DNA of 44,300 nucleotides from Chiloscyllium plagiosum. Its lineage: Eukaryota. The position numbers were made by a program, and so were the translations under genes. The notes beneath the pieces are model-generated. The model was not told where the DNA came from. It searched no databases and saw only the letters and a program-made list of their open reading frames with translations. Shown here one piece after another: positions 10,829-22,015 of this stretch (position 1 is its first letter; the number at the start of each line of letters is the position of its first letter). The DNA is taken from contig NC_057757.1 in the NCBI RefSeq assembly GCF_004010195.1, positions 765,451-809,750 of the forward strand, in the 5' to 3' direction.

Positions 10829-11146
10829 GGGGTGACATGGTGGTTAGCACTGTTGCCTTACAGCACCAGGAACCTGGGTTCAATTCCCACCTCGGGTGAC
10901 TGGCTGCGTGGAGTTTGCACGTTCTCCCTGTGTCTGCGTGGGTTTCCTCCGGGTGCTCCGGTTTCCTCCCACAGTCCAAAGATGTGCAGGTTAGGGTGGA
11001 TTGGCCATGGGAAACTGCCCATAGTGATAGGTGCATTGGTCAGGGGGAAATATGGGGAATGGGTCTGGGTGGGTTACTCTTCAGACAGTGTGGACTTGTT
11101 GGGCCGAAGGGCCTGTTTCCATACTGTAGGGAATCTAATCTAATCA
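10829..11146 (+). mobile_element. HE1 V-SINE
   Basis: tggtggttagcactg...gggttcaattcc, V core, gggaatctaatctaatc tail. Confidence 0.9.
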
Positions 11147-11330
11147 TACAACACTGCGCTCGCTGATTACTCACCCTTTCCACGTTGCGCTGACCCTGGG
11201 TGAGAGACGGTGTTCAGTTTAACAACAAGCAGGCAAGGCCATTCAACCCCTCAAGCATCCAGCACCATTTAATGACATGGCAGCTGCTTTGCATTTTAAC
11301 TCCATCCACCCACTTTTCATCCATTTAATA

Positions 11331-12362
11331 CCGTATATACGTGTGCATAGGTCAATCTCATGGATAAGCCGACCCCTGATTTCTGTCCAAACAAATCTTG
11401 TATTTTCCATATACCTCGTGTGTAAGTCGACCCCACTATATTGCATTATTCCTCTTACAAAGGAAACTGCATATTCCCATGAATCCATTTAAACAAAATC
11501 GCATTCATTCACTTATACCGGTTACTCTCCTCATTGGTTTGTTTACTATATTGCTTCTCTATTCATTCATTACCCTACTTAGCCCACTCGGTTTACTACA
11601 GCATGTTTTGATTCATTCATTCAGACCGGCACTAAGTCTATCTGTTCTTATCACATCTTGTTCACTGTACATCCAAACATTAATATAGTTAAAACGTTAA
11701 TCATTTTAATTGTGCCATTATATCTGAATAAAAGTGAGATATATTTGCTACATACCGGCATATCTTTAATTCTTTGACCAATTTGTTTATGTTGTTGAGA
11801 TTCATAATATATGAGAGTAAATGGGAGGGAAACGGAAGGATTTGGTGGGGAAGTTCAAGAAACTTACACGCTCAGAATTTAATAAATGTTTCATTTTAGG
11901 TGTGCCATTATACCAGGCCATGATGATGTGGAACAATGTGATTTTGCAGGAAGATTCATAATATATGAGAGTAAATGGGAGGGAAACGGAAGGATTCGGT
12001 GGGGAAGTTCAAGACACCTACACGCTCAGAATAAATGTTTCATTTTAGGTGTGCCATTATACCAGGCCATGATGATGTGGAACAATGTGATTTTGCAGGA
12101 TTACAATGAATCTTTAACATGTTAAATTCTCATAGTGGTCTCTTGCTTTTATCCAGTAATTACCTTTACTGTAATTCATTGTATTTTTCTTCTCTACCTG
12201 GGACTAGTTGAGCGATCAAATCGACTTTGGCTAATAATACAGTATTTCGAACTGCAGCATGAATTTCAGCTCCTCAAAACTTGTGCCCATGTATTATCGA
12301 CCCTCTAAACTGAACCTCTAAAAATAGTCTTAAAAATTCGGCCTATACACGAGTATACACAG
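11331..12362. mobile_element. Non-autonomous Tc2/pogo-type (Tc1/mariner) DNA transposon
   Basis: TIRs CCGTATATACGTGTGCATAGGTCAA / reverse complement CTGTGTATACTCGTGTATAGGCCGA, TA on both sides (11329-30, 12363-64), subterminal TAAG(C/T)CGACCC repeats; inserted in an old CR1 tail. Confidence 0.8.
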
Positions 12363-12773
12363 TACTCAAACTCATCAACACCTTTGCTTTCAAATTTCTA
12401 ACTGACTTCCAGTGTCATCAGCTTTCTTGTGGTCGAGCTCCAAAAGTCCACTCCCTGTTGTTTGAAGGAGTGCTTCCTGATATCAGTACTGCACTGCCTT
12501 TACCTTTAGATGATGTTCAACACTTGCTCCCCCAGGAGAAACAGTTTCCCTCTATTTGCCCTAGCGGGCCTTGAATCCTTTCAGGCATCCCTTAATCTTC
12601 AACACAACAGAATACAAGCTGGGATAGCCCTTTTGGCCTCTCTACCATCTGGGATATCCACAGTGCACCTTCTGCAAGGCAAGCAAGCAATAATCATCAC
12701 GGTCTGTATCTGAAGATGTGGCCAACTCAGGACAAGAGATGTGTTGCCAGCATTAGACGGCATTCCCACTTAC

Positions 12774-12850
12774 CCGGGCTTGTGAACTATCTCTCTCAAA
12801 ACCCGCACAGCATCGTCATTGCTCATGTTCTCAAAGTTGATGTCGTTCAC
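12774..12850 (-). CDS. DVL2: DVL2 exon 9 (PDZ)
   Basis: [25 protein letters not shown](G); ttcAG / GG|GTAAGT; 77 nt. Confidence 0.97.
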
Positions 12851-13139
12851 CTGAAGGGGACAGAAGTAGGTGGGAGTGAGTGATGCAGAAGACACGAGTG
12901 AAAATAACCACGCTACAGCCGCCATAAAGGTCACACACCTGTCGCAACCAGGTACTGACTCTTCACTACAATACCCTGACTTTCAACAGCACTGACATGG
13001 CTGAATCCTCCACTGCCAATGTAAGGAATACAACTGGCCAATCAAGCAAACACTGACAATACAGAAACACGTGGGAAGCTGAAAACTCTGCAGTGAGTTA
13101 CACACTCCCCAACTTTCTAAAGAAGGTCCACCATTCACA

Positions 13140-13620
13140 AGACACAGTGTGATGGAATCCTGCCCACTTGCCTGGATGGTACAGCTGTGATAACGCTCGA
13201 GAAGCTCAACACCATCTAGTACAAAGTATGACTAGCACCCCATCCACCAGCACCTTCAACATTCATCTCCATCACTGCTGACAGTCACAGCAGTATCTGC
13301 TGAGAGATTCATAGCAGTGGCATTCCAAGGCTCTTCAGGTGGCACCTTCCATAGCTGTGAGCTCTAACACCTAGACATACAAGGGCAGAGGATGCATGGG
13401 AACACTACCCTTTCAAGTCATACAGTTTCAAGTCAGGACGACGTATCGCTGCTTCTCCTCTATCACTCGGTCAAAATCTCGGAACTCCTTTCCAGAAAGC
13501 TGCACGACACACTGCAACAATTCGTTCACATTCATTCCCACCTTCTCAATCCAGTTAAGGATGGGTGACAAAGTGCTGGACCCAGCCAACAACACCCATC
13601 ATTGTCGGAAGGGACACAAG
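13140..13620 (+). mobile_element. LINE 3' end (CR1/L2 group, second lineage)
   Basis: gtgatggaatcctgcccacttgcctggatgg...gaagctcaacaccatc; tail ggatggg...tgctggacccagcc shared with the SINEs at 20315 and 18050. Confidence 0.6.
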
Positions 13621-13899
13621 AACATTTAGTCTCAAATCGGAGAATTTGCTCAGTTGGTCAAGAGCACTATGTGAAAGTGACCTCTTTCTGATCTCCCATC
13701 TGGTGCGGTGCTGGTCGACTGCGCACGGACACTGTTTCCTGGCTAGTGGGAAAGGTGAAACAAAACAGCTCGCGCAGCTAATTGCTAATCCCGTGCTGGA
13801 AGATAAGGGACAACTACGAATGTTGACAGTGATCGGCTGGGAACAGCAGTCCCAATGCCGGTGAAACTCTACTCCAGTTAGATGTCAACAGCATTTAAG

Positions 13900-14024
13900 A
13901 TTTGGAGACACCGGTGTTGGACTGGGGTGTACAAAATTAGAAATCACACAACACCAGGTTATAGTCCAACAGGTTTATTTGGAAGCACTAGCTGTCAGAG
14001 CACACTGCTCCTTCATCAGGTGAT
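13900..14024 (-). mobile_element. Penelope-type terminal repeat, second family
   Basis: Minus strand CAC-CTGATGA-A-GGAGC...GCTCT-GACA-GC-TA-GTG then aaataaacctgttggactataacctggtgttgtgtg; same family at 29018-29437, 31065-31270 and 38298-38585. Confidence 0.65.
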
Positions 14025-14170
14025 TGCGGAGAATCTAACAGCATTTAACTACATACTGCTATCCCTAGTCTCACATTTACTCCACCTCTGCAGACTCTGG
14101 AATGGCCACTTTGCCATTCCAGAGGAACTGAGTTTCAGTTTACAAGGTTTGAGGGGTTGTTTGTACTCAC

Positions 14171-14310
14171 CTGTAACAGCATGTCACCAGGTTCGATCCT
14201 CCCGTCTGCAGCCACTGCTCCACCTTTCATTATTGATCCAATGTAGATCCCTCCGTCCCCTCGCTCATTACTCTGGCCAACAATACTGATACCCAGAAAG
14301 TTGTACTTCT
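14171..14310 (-). CDS. DVL2: DVL2 exon 8 (PDZ)
   Basis: (E)[46 protein letters not shown]; tctAG / CAG|GTGAGT; 140 nt. Confidence 0.97.
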
Positions 14311-14429
14311 CTAGAGTTGAAGAAAGCAGAATCTGTACTTTTACTTTTGATGGTGGATCGGATCAAACCAAATGAGGTTGCAACTGTTCCATTTACTTCT
14401 TTGTAGGATTTGGAGGTTTTTGTTTTTGG

Positions 14430-14830
14430 AGAGAAAGGAAAAGTCTGTATTTCTAGAACTCTGCTCCTGACCTCAGGATGTTATTCCACTGTAACTTTGC
14501 GAAGTGCAGTCACTGTTGCACTATGGGTAACGCAGCACTTGATTTGCACACAGACAGCTCCCACAAACAGCACTATGAGGTTGGGTGCTTCAGCTACTTG
14601 GTTGAGGGGCAGATATCGACCAGGACACCGGGTGAAATCTCCCGTACTTCCTTCAGCTAATAACAAAGGATGCCACACATCCGAGGGAGTCTTGGTTTGA
14701 CACCATCCAACAAACTGCACCTTCAACAACACAGTATTCACAGTGGGAATGCCAGCCTAGACTTTGCACACAAGTGCTGCCAGATCCTTGGCGAACAAAC
14801 ATCTCCCAACCTCCACACTGAAACCAAATG
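14430..14830 (-). mobile_element. DeuSINE (SacSINE1-like)
   Basis: gaagtgcagtcactgttgca...atttgcacacagacagctcccacaaacagc is the reverse Deu-like domain. Confidence 0.65.
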
Positions 14831-14904
14831 GCCCCACTCCCTCACTGAAATTTCTGTGTTTCAACTAGGAAGAGTCAACTCACACTGCAAAGGAACTTTG
14901 GCAC

Positions 14905-15410
14905 CAAGCACATCTGGAACACTGTGTAGTTCTGGTGCCCCAGGTTTGTTTTTTTAGACGCAATACAATGAAGATTGACTAGATTGGTCCCTTGGACAAG
15001 AGACGTAGGCTGGTGCGCCCTGGAGTTTGGAATCAGAGGTGATCTCATTGAAGGTTCTGAGGCAGACGGTCAAGGTACATGCCGAGATCATAACACTGAT
15101 TGGGGAATCTAAAACCTGGGGCTGGTGTTGAGACACAGAGGGCAAGGGCACAGTCCAGGTATAAAGGGCTGACCATTTGGGACTGAGATTGGAAATAGTT
15201 TAAAGAGGCTGTGAATCTTTGCAATAATTCTCCCCAAAAGTGCTGCAGGGGGAGGTATTTAAGCTGGGATAGACATACTTCTGGTTTATCAGGGAATCGT
15301 GGGATCAGGGGTGAAGGTGGGCAAGCCTGGTTGAGAGCTTAGATCATCCATGATTGTACCGAATGGTGAAGCAGGTTCGATGGGCCGAATGGTCTACTCC
15401 TGCTCCTGCT
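14905..15410 (+). mobile_element. Degraded CR1 3' fragment
   Basis: catctggaacactgtgtagttctgg...gaggtgatctcattgaa...gggccgaatggtctactcctgctcct. Confidence 0.7.
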
Positions 15411-15471
15411 TCCAGCTTTAGACACACCCTAGCAGCAGCTACAGCTTTCCAGATTGCGGTTACTCCCTTAC

Positions 15472-15541
15472 CCATGTTCAACGTGACTGTGATGATGTTC
15501 AGGGACATTGTCGAATCAGTGACGCTGCTAAACGAGGAGGC
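15472..15541 (-). CDS. DVL2: DVL2 exon 7 (start of PDZ)
   Basis: ASSFSSVTDSTMSLNIITVTLNM(E); cgcAG / G|GTAAGG; 70 nt. Confidence 0.96.
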
Positions 15542-15902
15542 CTGCGTGGGATTAGAAACAGAAAAGCAAAGTCAGACACAGACTGTTAAAGGTTTGCAAA
15601 GCTGAAAGGGAGAAAGGCAGACAGCTGTTAGCCTTTTTGGATAGCTCTCTCTCTGAGCAGGATGTTTCCAGAAGCACCCCTTCACACACAGCAATGGAAT
15701 CAGATTTCAGGAGTTGGGGAACGAGCACAGGTAAAATCTCGGGATGTTAAAAGGGGCTGTTATGGACTGGGGGGAGGCAGCACAGGAGGAGGAGGAGGCT
15801 TGAAACCCTCTCCCTCGCTTATACTTAGCTTTGGTGATTCAGAACAAAAACAAAGACAAAAGCTGTGCATACAGGGGGCTCAGGGAGTGACTGTGCTCTT
15901 AC

Positions 15903-15993
15903 ACGTTCGAGTCGCGGGGGCCTCTGTTTCCGTCTGCGCCGGTGACGTTTCAGGATCCGCGAGTTGGTGCTCTGTTCAGTGGAGCTGCTGAAT
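15903..15993 (-). CDS. DVL2: DVL2 exon 6 (basic region)
   Basis: (R)[33 protein letters not shown]2-type basic motif; tctAG / GTAAGA; 91 nt. Confidence 0.96.
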
Positions 15994-16116
15994 CTAGAGA
16001 GGGGAGTAAACAAACAGGTAAATCAAAACCGAACTAACCTGCCAAGATATCTCTCCACCAGGCGCTCTCACTCCCCACTGCCTCATGGAAGATCACAACA
16101 GTCAGAGAGAGGTCTC

Positions 16117-16665
16117 AGAGTCATAGAGACATACAGCATGGAAACAGACCCTTCAGTCCAACTCGCCCATGCTGACCACATATTCTAAACTAACCTAAGC
16201 CCATTTGCCAGCATTTGGTCCATATCCCTCAAAACCCTTCCTATTCATATACCCACCCTGATGTCTCTTAATGCTGTAATTGTACCAGCCTCCACCACTT
16301 CCCTCTGGCAGCTCATTCCATACACGCACCACCCTCTGTGTGAAAAGGTTACCCCTTAGGACCCTTTTAAATCTTTCCCCTCTCATCTTAAATCAATGCC
16401 CCTCTAGTTTTAGACTCCCCTATACTGGGGAGAAAACATTGGCTCGTGACCCTATCCATGCTCCTCATGATTTTGTAAACCTCTATAAGGTTACCCCTCA
16501 GCCTCCGACGCTCCAGGGAAAACAGCCCCAGCCTGTTCAGCCTCTCCCTGTAGCTCAAACTCTCCAACCCTGGCAACATCCTTGTACATGTTTTCTGAAC
16601 CCTTTCAAGTTTCACAACATCCTTGCCATAACGGAGAAACCAGAATTGCACGTAGTATTCCAAAC
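16117..16665 (-). mobile_element. CR1 LINE 3' fragment
   Basis: ORF 16388-16753 LEYYVQFW...KLERVQK...[19 protein letters not shown]; ctctatgactct tail. Confidence 0.92.
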
Positions 16666-16884
16666 GCAGACTTCTTAGTCTTTCAGGAACAAAAACACAA
16701 GGACATAAGAAATTGGAGGAGGAGTTGGTGGTTGAACCTAGATCACCATTCAATCAGATCACATTCCGATTCCCCAACAGCCATGAACCACCCAGTCCTC
16801 AGCTCGCAGATTAGGTGGACTCAGCCAGGTTCACCAGGAGAGCAAGCAGAACGGGAGCCACTGAGAGAGAATATCAGGGCCGAG

Positions 16885-17330
16885 AACAAGGCCTGGATTA
16901 GAGGGTCTGAGCTGTTAGGAAAGGCTGGACAAACTAGGGTTGTTTTTTTTCCTGGAGCGGGAGAGGCGGAGGGGAGACCTGATATAAGTTCATAAAATGA
17001 TGAGAGGCATACATAGGGTTGACGTTCAGAATCTTTCTCGCAGAGTTGAAAAGTCCAGTGCTAGAGGGCATGGTGAGGGGGAGAAAATTCAAAGGAGATG
17101 TGAGGCGGCAAGTTTTTTTTTAATTGAGAGTGGGGGGTGCCTGCAACAAGTGACGGAGGCAGATACATTCGGGGTGTTTAAGAGACTATTAGGTAAGCAC
17201 ATGAATTAGCAAGGAATGGAGGGATATGGACCATGGGTAAGCAGAAGAGATTAGTTTCATTTAGCATCATGTTTGGCACAACATCATGGGGCAAAAGGTC
17301 CATTCCACTGCCGTACTGTTCTGTGCTTTA
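16885..17330 (+). mobile_element. CR1 LINE 3' fragment
   Basis: gcctggattagaggg...gatgagaggcatacataggg...ctgtactgttctgtg-like tail. Confidence 0.8.
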
Positions 17331-17390
17331 TAACAGAGGAAGAGATAAGGCAAGTGTAGCTTATTACAGTGATGCTCAGCAGACCTGCCA

Positions 17391-17684
17391 GACAGTGGCT
17401 CAGTGGTTAGCACTGTTGCCTCGCAGCGCCAGGGACCCGAGTTCGATTCCAGCCTCGGGTGACTGTCTGTGTGGAGTTTGCACATTCTCCCTCTGTCTGC
17501 GTGGGTTTCCTCCCACAGTCCAAAGATGTGCAGTTTAGGTGAATTGGTCATGCTAAATTGCCCATAGTGTTCGGTGCATTAGTAGGGAGTTGGTGAATGG
17601 GTCTGGGTGGGTTAGTCTTTGGAGGGTCGGTGTGGACTTGTCGGGCCGAAGGGCCTGTTTCCGCACTGTAGGGAATCTAATCTA
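17391..17684 (+). mobile_element. HE1 V-SINE nested in a Penelope-type palindrome (17371-17390 / 17685-17830)
   Basis: A box TGGCTCAGTGG, B box GTTCGATTCC; host sequence ctcagcagacctgccag|atctgtggagagaaa is split by the SINE. Confidence 0.9.
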
Positions 17685-18204
17685 ATCTGTGGAGAGAAAT
17701 CAGAGTTAACGTTTCCAGTCTGGCGACCCCTCCCCTTTCACTCTCCACAGATGCTGCCAGACCTGTTGAATTTTTCCAGTTCCAGAGCGTCTGTTTTAGT
17801 TTCTGATTTACAGCATCTGCAGTTCTTTCATTTTTTTTTAAACTGACAGTCAGCTTGAACTTTGACAGCCCCTAAACTGTAGGTAGATGGGAAAAGTTGA
17901 GAGAGCCAGAGAGCTTCATTCCTTTGCGATCCGGGAATGAGGAAGTTCAGGAGATGGTGATATGCGTAAACTTGGGTGAGGATGCAAAGCAGGACGGACG
18001 TGAAGATCAGGAAGTACAAGTGAGGAGAGGAAAGACAGGCAAGTCAGGGAGGCACAGCGATAATACCAGGGGACGGGTAACCCAGAAATCCAGTCTCATG
18101 AACTGAGGACTCGAGTTTCAATCCCACAATGACAGATGTTGAAATCGGAATTCAATTTAGAAAATAATAGTATAAGGAGCTAGTATAATAGTATAAAGAA
18201 CTGA

Positions 18205-18512
18205 CAGCATTACTGCCTCACAGCGCCAGGGACCTGGGTTCAATTTCCACCTCGGACAGCTGCCTGTGTGGAGTTTGCACATTCTCCCTTTGTCTGCATG
18301 GGTTTCCTCCAGGTGCTCCAGTTTTTTCCCACAGTCCAAAGATGTGCAGGTACGGTGAATTGACCATGCTAAATTGCCCGTAGTGTTAGGTGCATTAGTC
18401 AGGGATAAATGTAGGGGATTGGGTCTGGGTGGGTTACTCTTCGGAGGGTCGTTGTGGACTTGTTGGGCTGAAGGGCCTGTTTCCACAACATAGGGAATCT
18501 AATCTAATCTAA
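18205..18512 (+). mobile_element. HE1 V-SINE nested in another tRNA-derived SINE (18050-18204 / 18513-18600)
   Basis: V core and (AATCT)n tail; flanks match the 20315-20560 family. Confidence 0.88.
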
Positions 18513-18656
18513 TGGCAACCACTGCTGGTTTAAAAAAATAGCACTGTAATTGACTCTTGACTGTAACCAGGATGGGTAATAAATGCTAACCTAGCCCACA
18601 CAATTTATTTTGTGAAGCAGAGGCAGGGAAACAGTTGCTGCATCCGTAAGCAGTAC

Positions 18657-18786
18657 CTGCTGGCTGCATCATCCTCATCCGAGTCACAGAAGCTGGTAGT
18701 TTCTAGCTCGCTGCTCAGGAGTGTGGACGAGCTCTCGTAACCAGCAAGATGCCGCTCCATTTTTGGGTGTCCATTAACTCTGGGAC
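18657..18786 (-). CDS. DVL2: DVL2 exon 5
   Basis: (G)[42 protein letters not shown](R); [13 protein letters not shown] is DVL2-like; cacAG / AG|GTACTG; 130 nt. Confidence 0.94.
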
Positions 18787-19204
18787 CTGTGGGGAGCAGA
18801 ACACGTCGCTGTAAAACCTCCACAACAACCACCTGCAAGCTTGCTCTGAACACACAGAGATCTTACTGCACACTTCGGAGATCAAGAGCACTGGGGGAGT
18901 GAGTGCTTTCCTCCTTTTCAAACTAAAAACAATAACCTAGGGGAAAATAACATACCCTAATGAACGGTGCAATTTATTCAATCACCACCCAACTGAGAGG
19001 GAGCCACTATAACTTTCCCAGACAGCTCTGACAACACTCGAGTGCAGAGCTGCACCAGACATTTTCAGAAACTTCAAAATTCTGAACCGCCGCTGCTCCA
19101 GATTTGGATGTTCGTGTGGACAACAGATTTCTGTCTGCCAACGCAGGTTACAGTCTGCTGTTAGATGCCCTCCTGTAAACCCTGTCCCAGGCCTTTACAC
19201 ACAC

Positions 19205-19311
19205 CATGTTCCATACTCTCCCTCCGTCGGGGCTTCTCTCTCCGGGACAACACCACCGATTCCGTCTCGGTCTCGTTATCCAAATTCTCCCGACTCCCAG
19301 TCACGTTTGCA
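19205..19311 (-). CDS. DVL2: DVL2 exon 4
   Basis: Not in the ORF track; manual translation (H)[35 protein letters not shown](G); tgcAG acceptor, G|GTGTGT donor; 107 nt, phases fit neighbours. Confidence 0.93.
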
Positions 19312-20164
19312 CTGCAAGAAATTGAAGAAAGCATTCACACCGCTTCAGGGGGGAAAAAAAAAAAATCACACAAGAACAAGAAATTGCAGCTAAAATAAAT
19401 CAGAAAAAAACAACACAAACCTCAACACGTTAGGAATGATTGCCGAGAAGGGAATCAACTGAGTCACACATCATCATCTTACACACCCTTAGACTGTCAA
19501 AGACATACCAAATACTATCGATATGGTTTACATATTAATTAAAACTTATCAAAGCAAGGCACTTGAATAATTTTCCACAACTGACACGGAACATATTGAA
19601 CACAATATTAACTGCACTCACATAGCCGACGCTTGCAAACCTCAGAGTAAAAAGACTAATGTTACTTATCACTCTGCGATTTGACAGCACTCACCTATTA
19701 ATCCCGAGTATGCTAAGAATTACACTTTAAAATTTAAAGATCTACAGTTTTTAAGATTTCCTGTCTGGCCAGCAATGTGACTTTGTTAGAAACTAATAAC
19801 ATTTATTATAATCAGGAATGACTCGCTGCAGGAGGAAAGGAACATATCCAGGCATTGTAGCTTTCTGACTGAAACAAAAGCATTTAATTAAATCATGAAG
19901 CAAGAATTGAACAAGCAATAATTCCCTGCTGCGTTTTCCATAGCAATGACTTGACCAGAGTTAACTTGCCAACAATTGACCCGCTGATCACCTGCAGTTT
20001 AATTTGCTGTTCCCATCTGCCTGATGAAAGAACGATAAAAACTTTGACAGCGTGTCGCTTTATCGGCAACATATATAAAGTTTAGTTCTCAGATTCCCGC
20101 ATCCAATGTTGACGTTTGTATTCTGTCTCAGTGGCACTGTTAATAAATCGGCGAGTTTACTCAC

Positions 20165-20286
20165 TGGAAAGAAGGAGGTCTCGAGTCTCCAATTCCACCT
20201 GTTCGTTCGATTGGAGGAGGTACATCTGGCATTGTGCTAACTGGGTGAGGTGCTGGTTCTGGCTGTGAGCCTTCAGCAGATACCAA
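20165..20286 (-). CDS. DVL2: DVL2 exon 3
   Basis: LVSAEGSQPEPAPHPVSTMPDVPPPIERTGGIGDSRPPSF(H); cacAG acceptor, CA|GTGAGT donor; 122 nt. Confidence 0.95.
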
Positions 20287-20314
20287 CTGTGAGAAACATA
20301 ACAGCAACAAGGAG

Positions 20315-20562
20315 GTGGTGGCGTAAATGTCATTAATAATCCAGGCTAATGTTCTGGAGAGACGGGCGTAAATCCCATCATAGCAGGTGGTGACATTTGA
20401 ATTCAATTTACAATATCTGGAATAACGTGATGGCAATCACGTCACCACTATCTGGCTGCCTATTATCTGCCGTCCTTACCTGGCCTGGTTACACATGACT
20501 CAAGAGTCAATCACATTGCTGTAGGACTAAAGTACAGTAAATGCTGGCCTAGCCAGTGATGA
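20315..20562 (+). mobile_element. tRNA-derived SINE with LINE-like tail (family also at ~30428-30720)
   Basis: ggtggtggcgta...ggctaatgttctgg...aaatcccatcatagcaggtgg...taaatgctggcctagccagtga. Confidence 0.6.
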
Positions 20563-20757
20563 GTTGAGAGTGTGGTGCTGGAAAAGCACAGGTCAGGCAG
20601 CATCCGAGGAGCAGGAGAACCAATGTTTTCCTGATCAAGGGCTTATGCCCGAAATGTCAATTCTCCTGCTTCTCAGATGCTGTCTGACCTGCTGTGCTTT
20701 TCCAGCACCACACTCTTGACTCTGATCTCCAGCATCTGCAGTCCTCACTTTCTCCCT
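20563..20757. mobile_element. Palindromic Penelope-type insert with 11-bp TSD
   Basis: Inverted arms 20566-20716; flanked by GCCAGTGATGA at 20552-20562 and 20758-20768. Confidence 0.8.
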
Positions 20758-21259
20758 GCCAGTGATGATCCATAAACAAATTTTAAAAACTTCAAAACAA
20801 CGATCAAGTGCAAGAATTCAGAAATCCATTCAAACTATTCAAGAATTAAGATCATTCAACATAGATTAAATTGTACAGGATATGTTTTCCCCTGCTTAAC
20901 ATGTGTTACATTTACTACTGGGAGGGGACCAGGGTGATCAGTAATTTTAAGGTGTGTTGTGTGCTCTCAGACAGTGGAACTGTCATTATTACCGGCTACA
21001 CTGCTGGACCAGGGAAAGTCCAGCATCCTGTCCCACACCACCTTCACTTGTCTTGGGATATCAGGATTCAGCTTAGACTGTTTCTGTTGACCAAGTTACA
21101 TGCATCAAGTTGGGTTCAGATGGGAGAGGTGCAGGAAGGCATAAACACAAGCCCATGCAGTGAGCTGTTCGGATCCTGAACACGCTGCCTAAGCATGTAG
21201 TGCAAGGTCAATTGAATATTGAAAGGGAATCTGAAAAGGAAGAATGCGAAAGGCTACAG

Positions 21260-21559
21260 AGCAGCACAGTGGCTCAGTGGTTAGCACTGCTGCCTCAGAG
21301 CACCAGGGTCCCAGGTTCGATTCCAATTTTGGGCGACTGTCTCAAAATTTGCACATTCTCCCTGTGTCTGCGTGCTCCGGTTTCCTTCCACAGTCCAAAG
21401 ATGTACAGATCAAGCGAATTGGCCATGCTAAATTTCCCATTGTGATAGGTGCATTAGTCAGAGGGAAGTGGGTCTGGGTGGGTTCGTCTTCGGCGGGTCG
21501 GTGTGAAGTGGTTGGGCCGAAGGGCCTGTTTCCACACTGCAGGGAATCGAATCTAATCA
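21260..21559 (+). mobile_element. HE1 V-SINE
   Basis: A/B boxes, V core with small deletions, gggaatcgaatctaatc tail. Confidence 0.88.
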
Positions 21560-21721
21560 AGAAGGCAGGGGAGTTGCATTAGACATATCAGACATTCGGA
21601 CAATGCAGGCTGAATGACCTCCTGTGTGGGGACAGTTCTGAGAGTTTGTGACAGAGCAAGGTGGAAGAAAAAAATATTAAAATCGGAACAATGGAAAGGG
21701 GTCCTCACTAAAATTTACTGG

Positions 21722-22015
21722 TTAGAACATAGAACAGTACAGCACAGGAATGGGTCCTTCAGCATATGACATTGTGCCGAACATGACGCTAAATTAAACT
21801 AATTCCTTCTGCCTGCCCTTAATCCATATCTCTCCATTCCTTGTATGCTCATGTGCTTATCTACAAGTCCCTTAAGCACCCCTATCTTATCTGCCTCCAC
21901 CACCAAACCTGGCAGCACGATCAAGACTCCTCGGACTCTGTGTGTTTAAACACGTGCCCCTCACATCTCCTCTGAACTTCCCCACCTTAAAGGCATGCCC
22001 CCTGGTATTAGCCAT
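21722..22015 (-). mobile_element. CR1 3' end
   Basis: tagaacatagaacagtacagcacagg tail in reverse; cacatctcctctgaac. Confidence 0.8.

Noticed and set aside
10166..11143. Longest ORF in the window (325 aa, + strand)
   Set aside because: Starts at TTG, is antisense within intron 9 and has no recognisable domain. Its last third is HE1 SINE read-through and the middle overlaps another repeat, so it is most likely a chance ORF.
17391..17460. tRNA-like sequences with A and B boxes (here and at other HE1 heads)
   Set aside because: They run straight into the V-SINE core and CR1-like tail, so they are SINE heads rather than tRNA genes.
18789..18810. Upstream alternative acceptor (ttttacAG) for exon 5
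   Set aside because: It would add 22 nt and shift the frame; homology fits the acceptor at 18787-18788.
19933..19947. RFX X-box-like GTTTTCCATAGCAAT in intron 3
   Set aside because: Imperfect on both half-sites and a single short motif; not supportable without conservation data.
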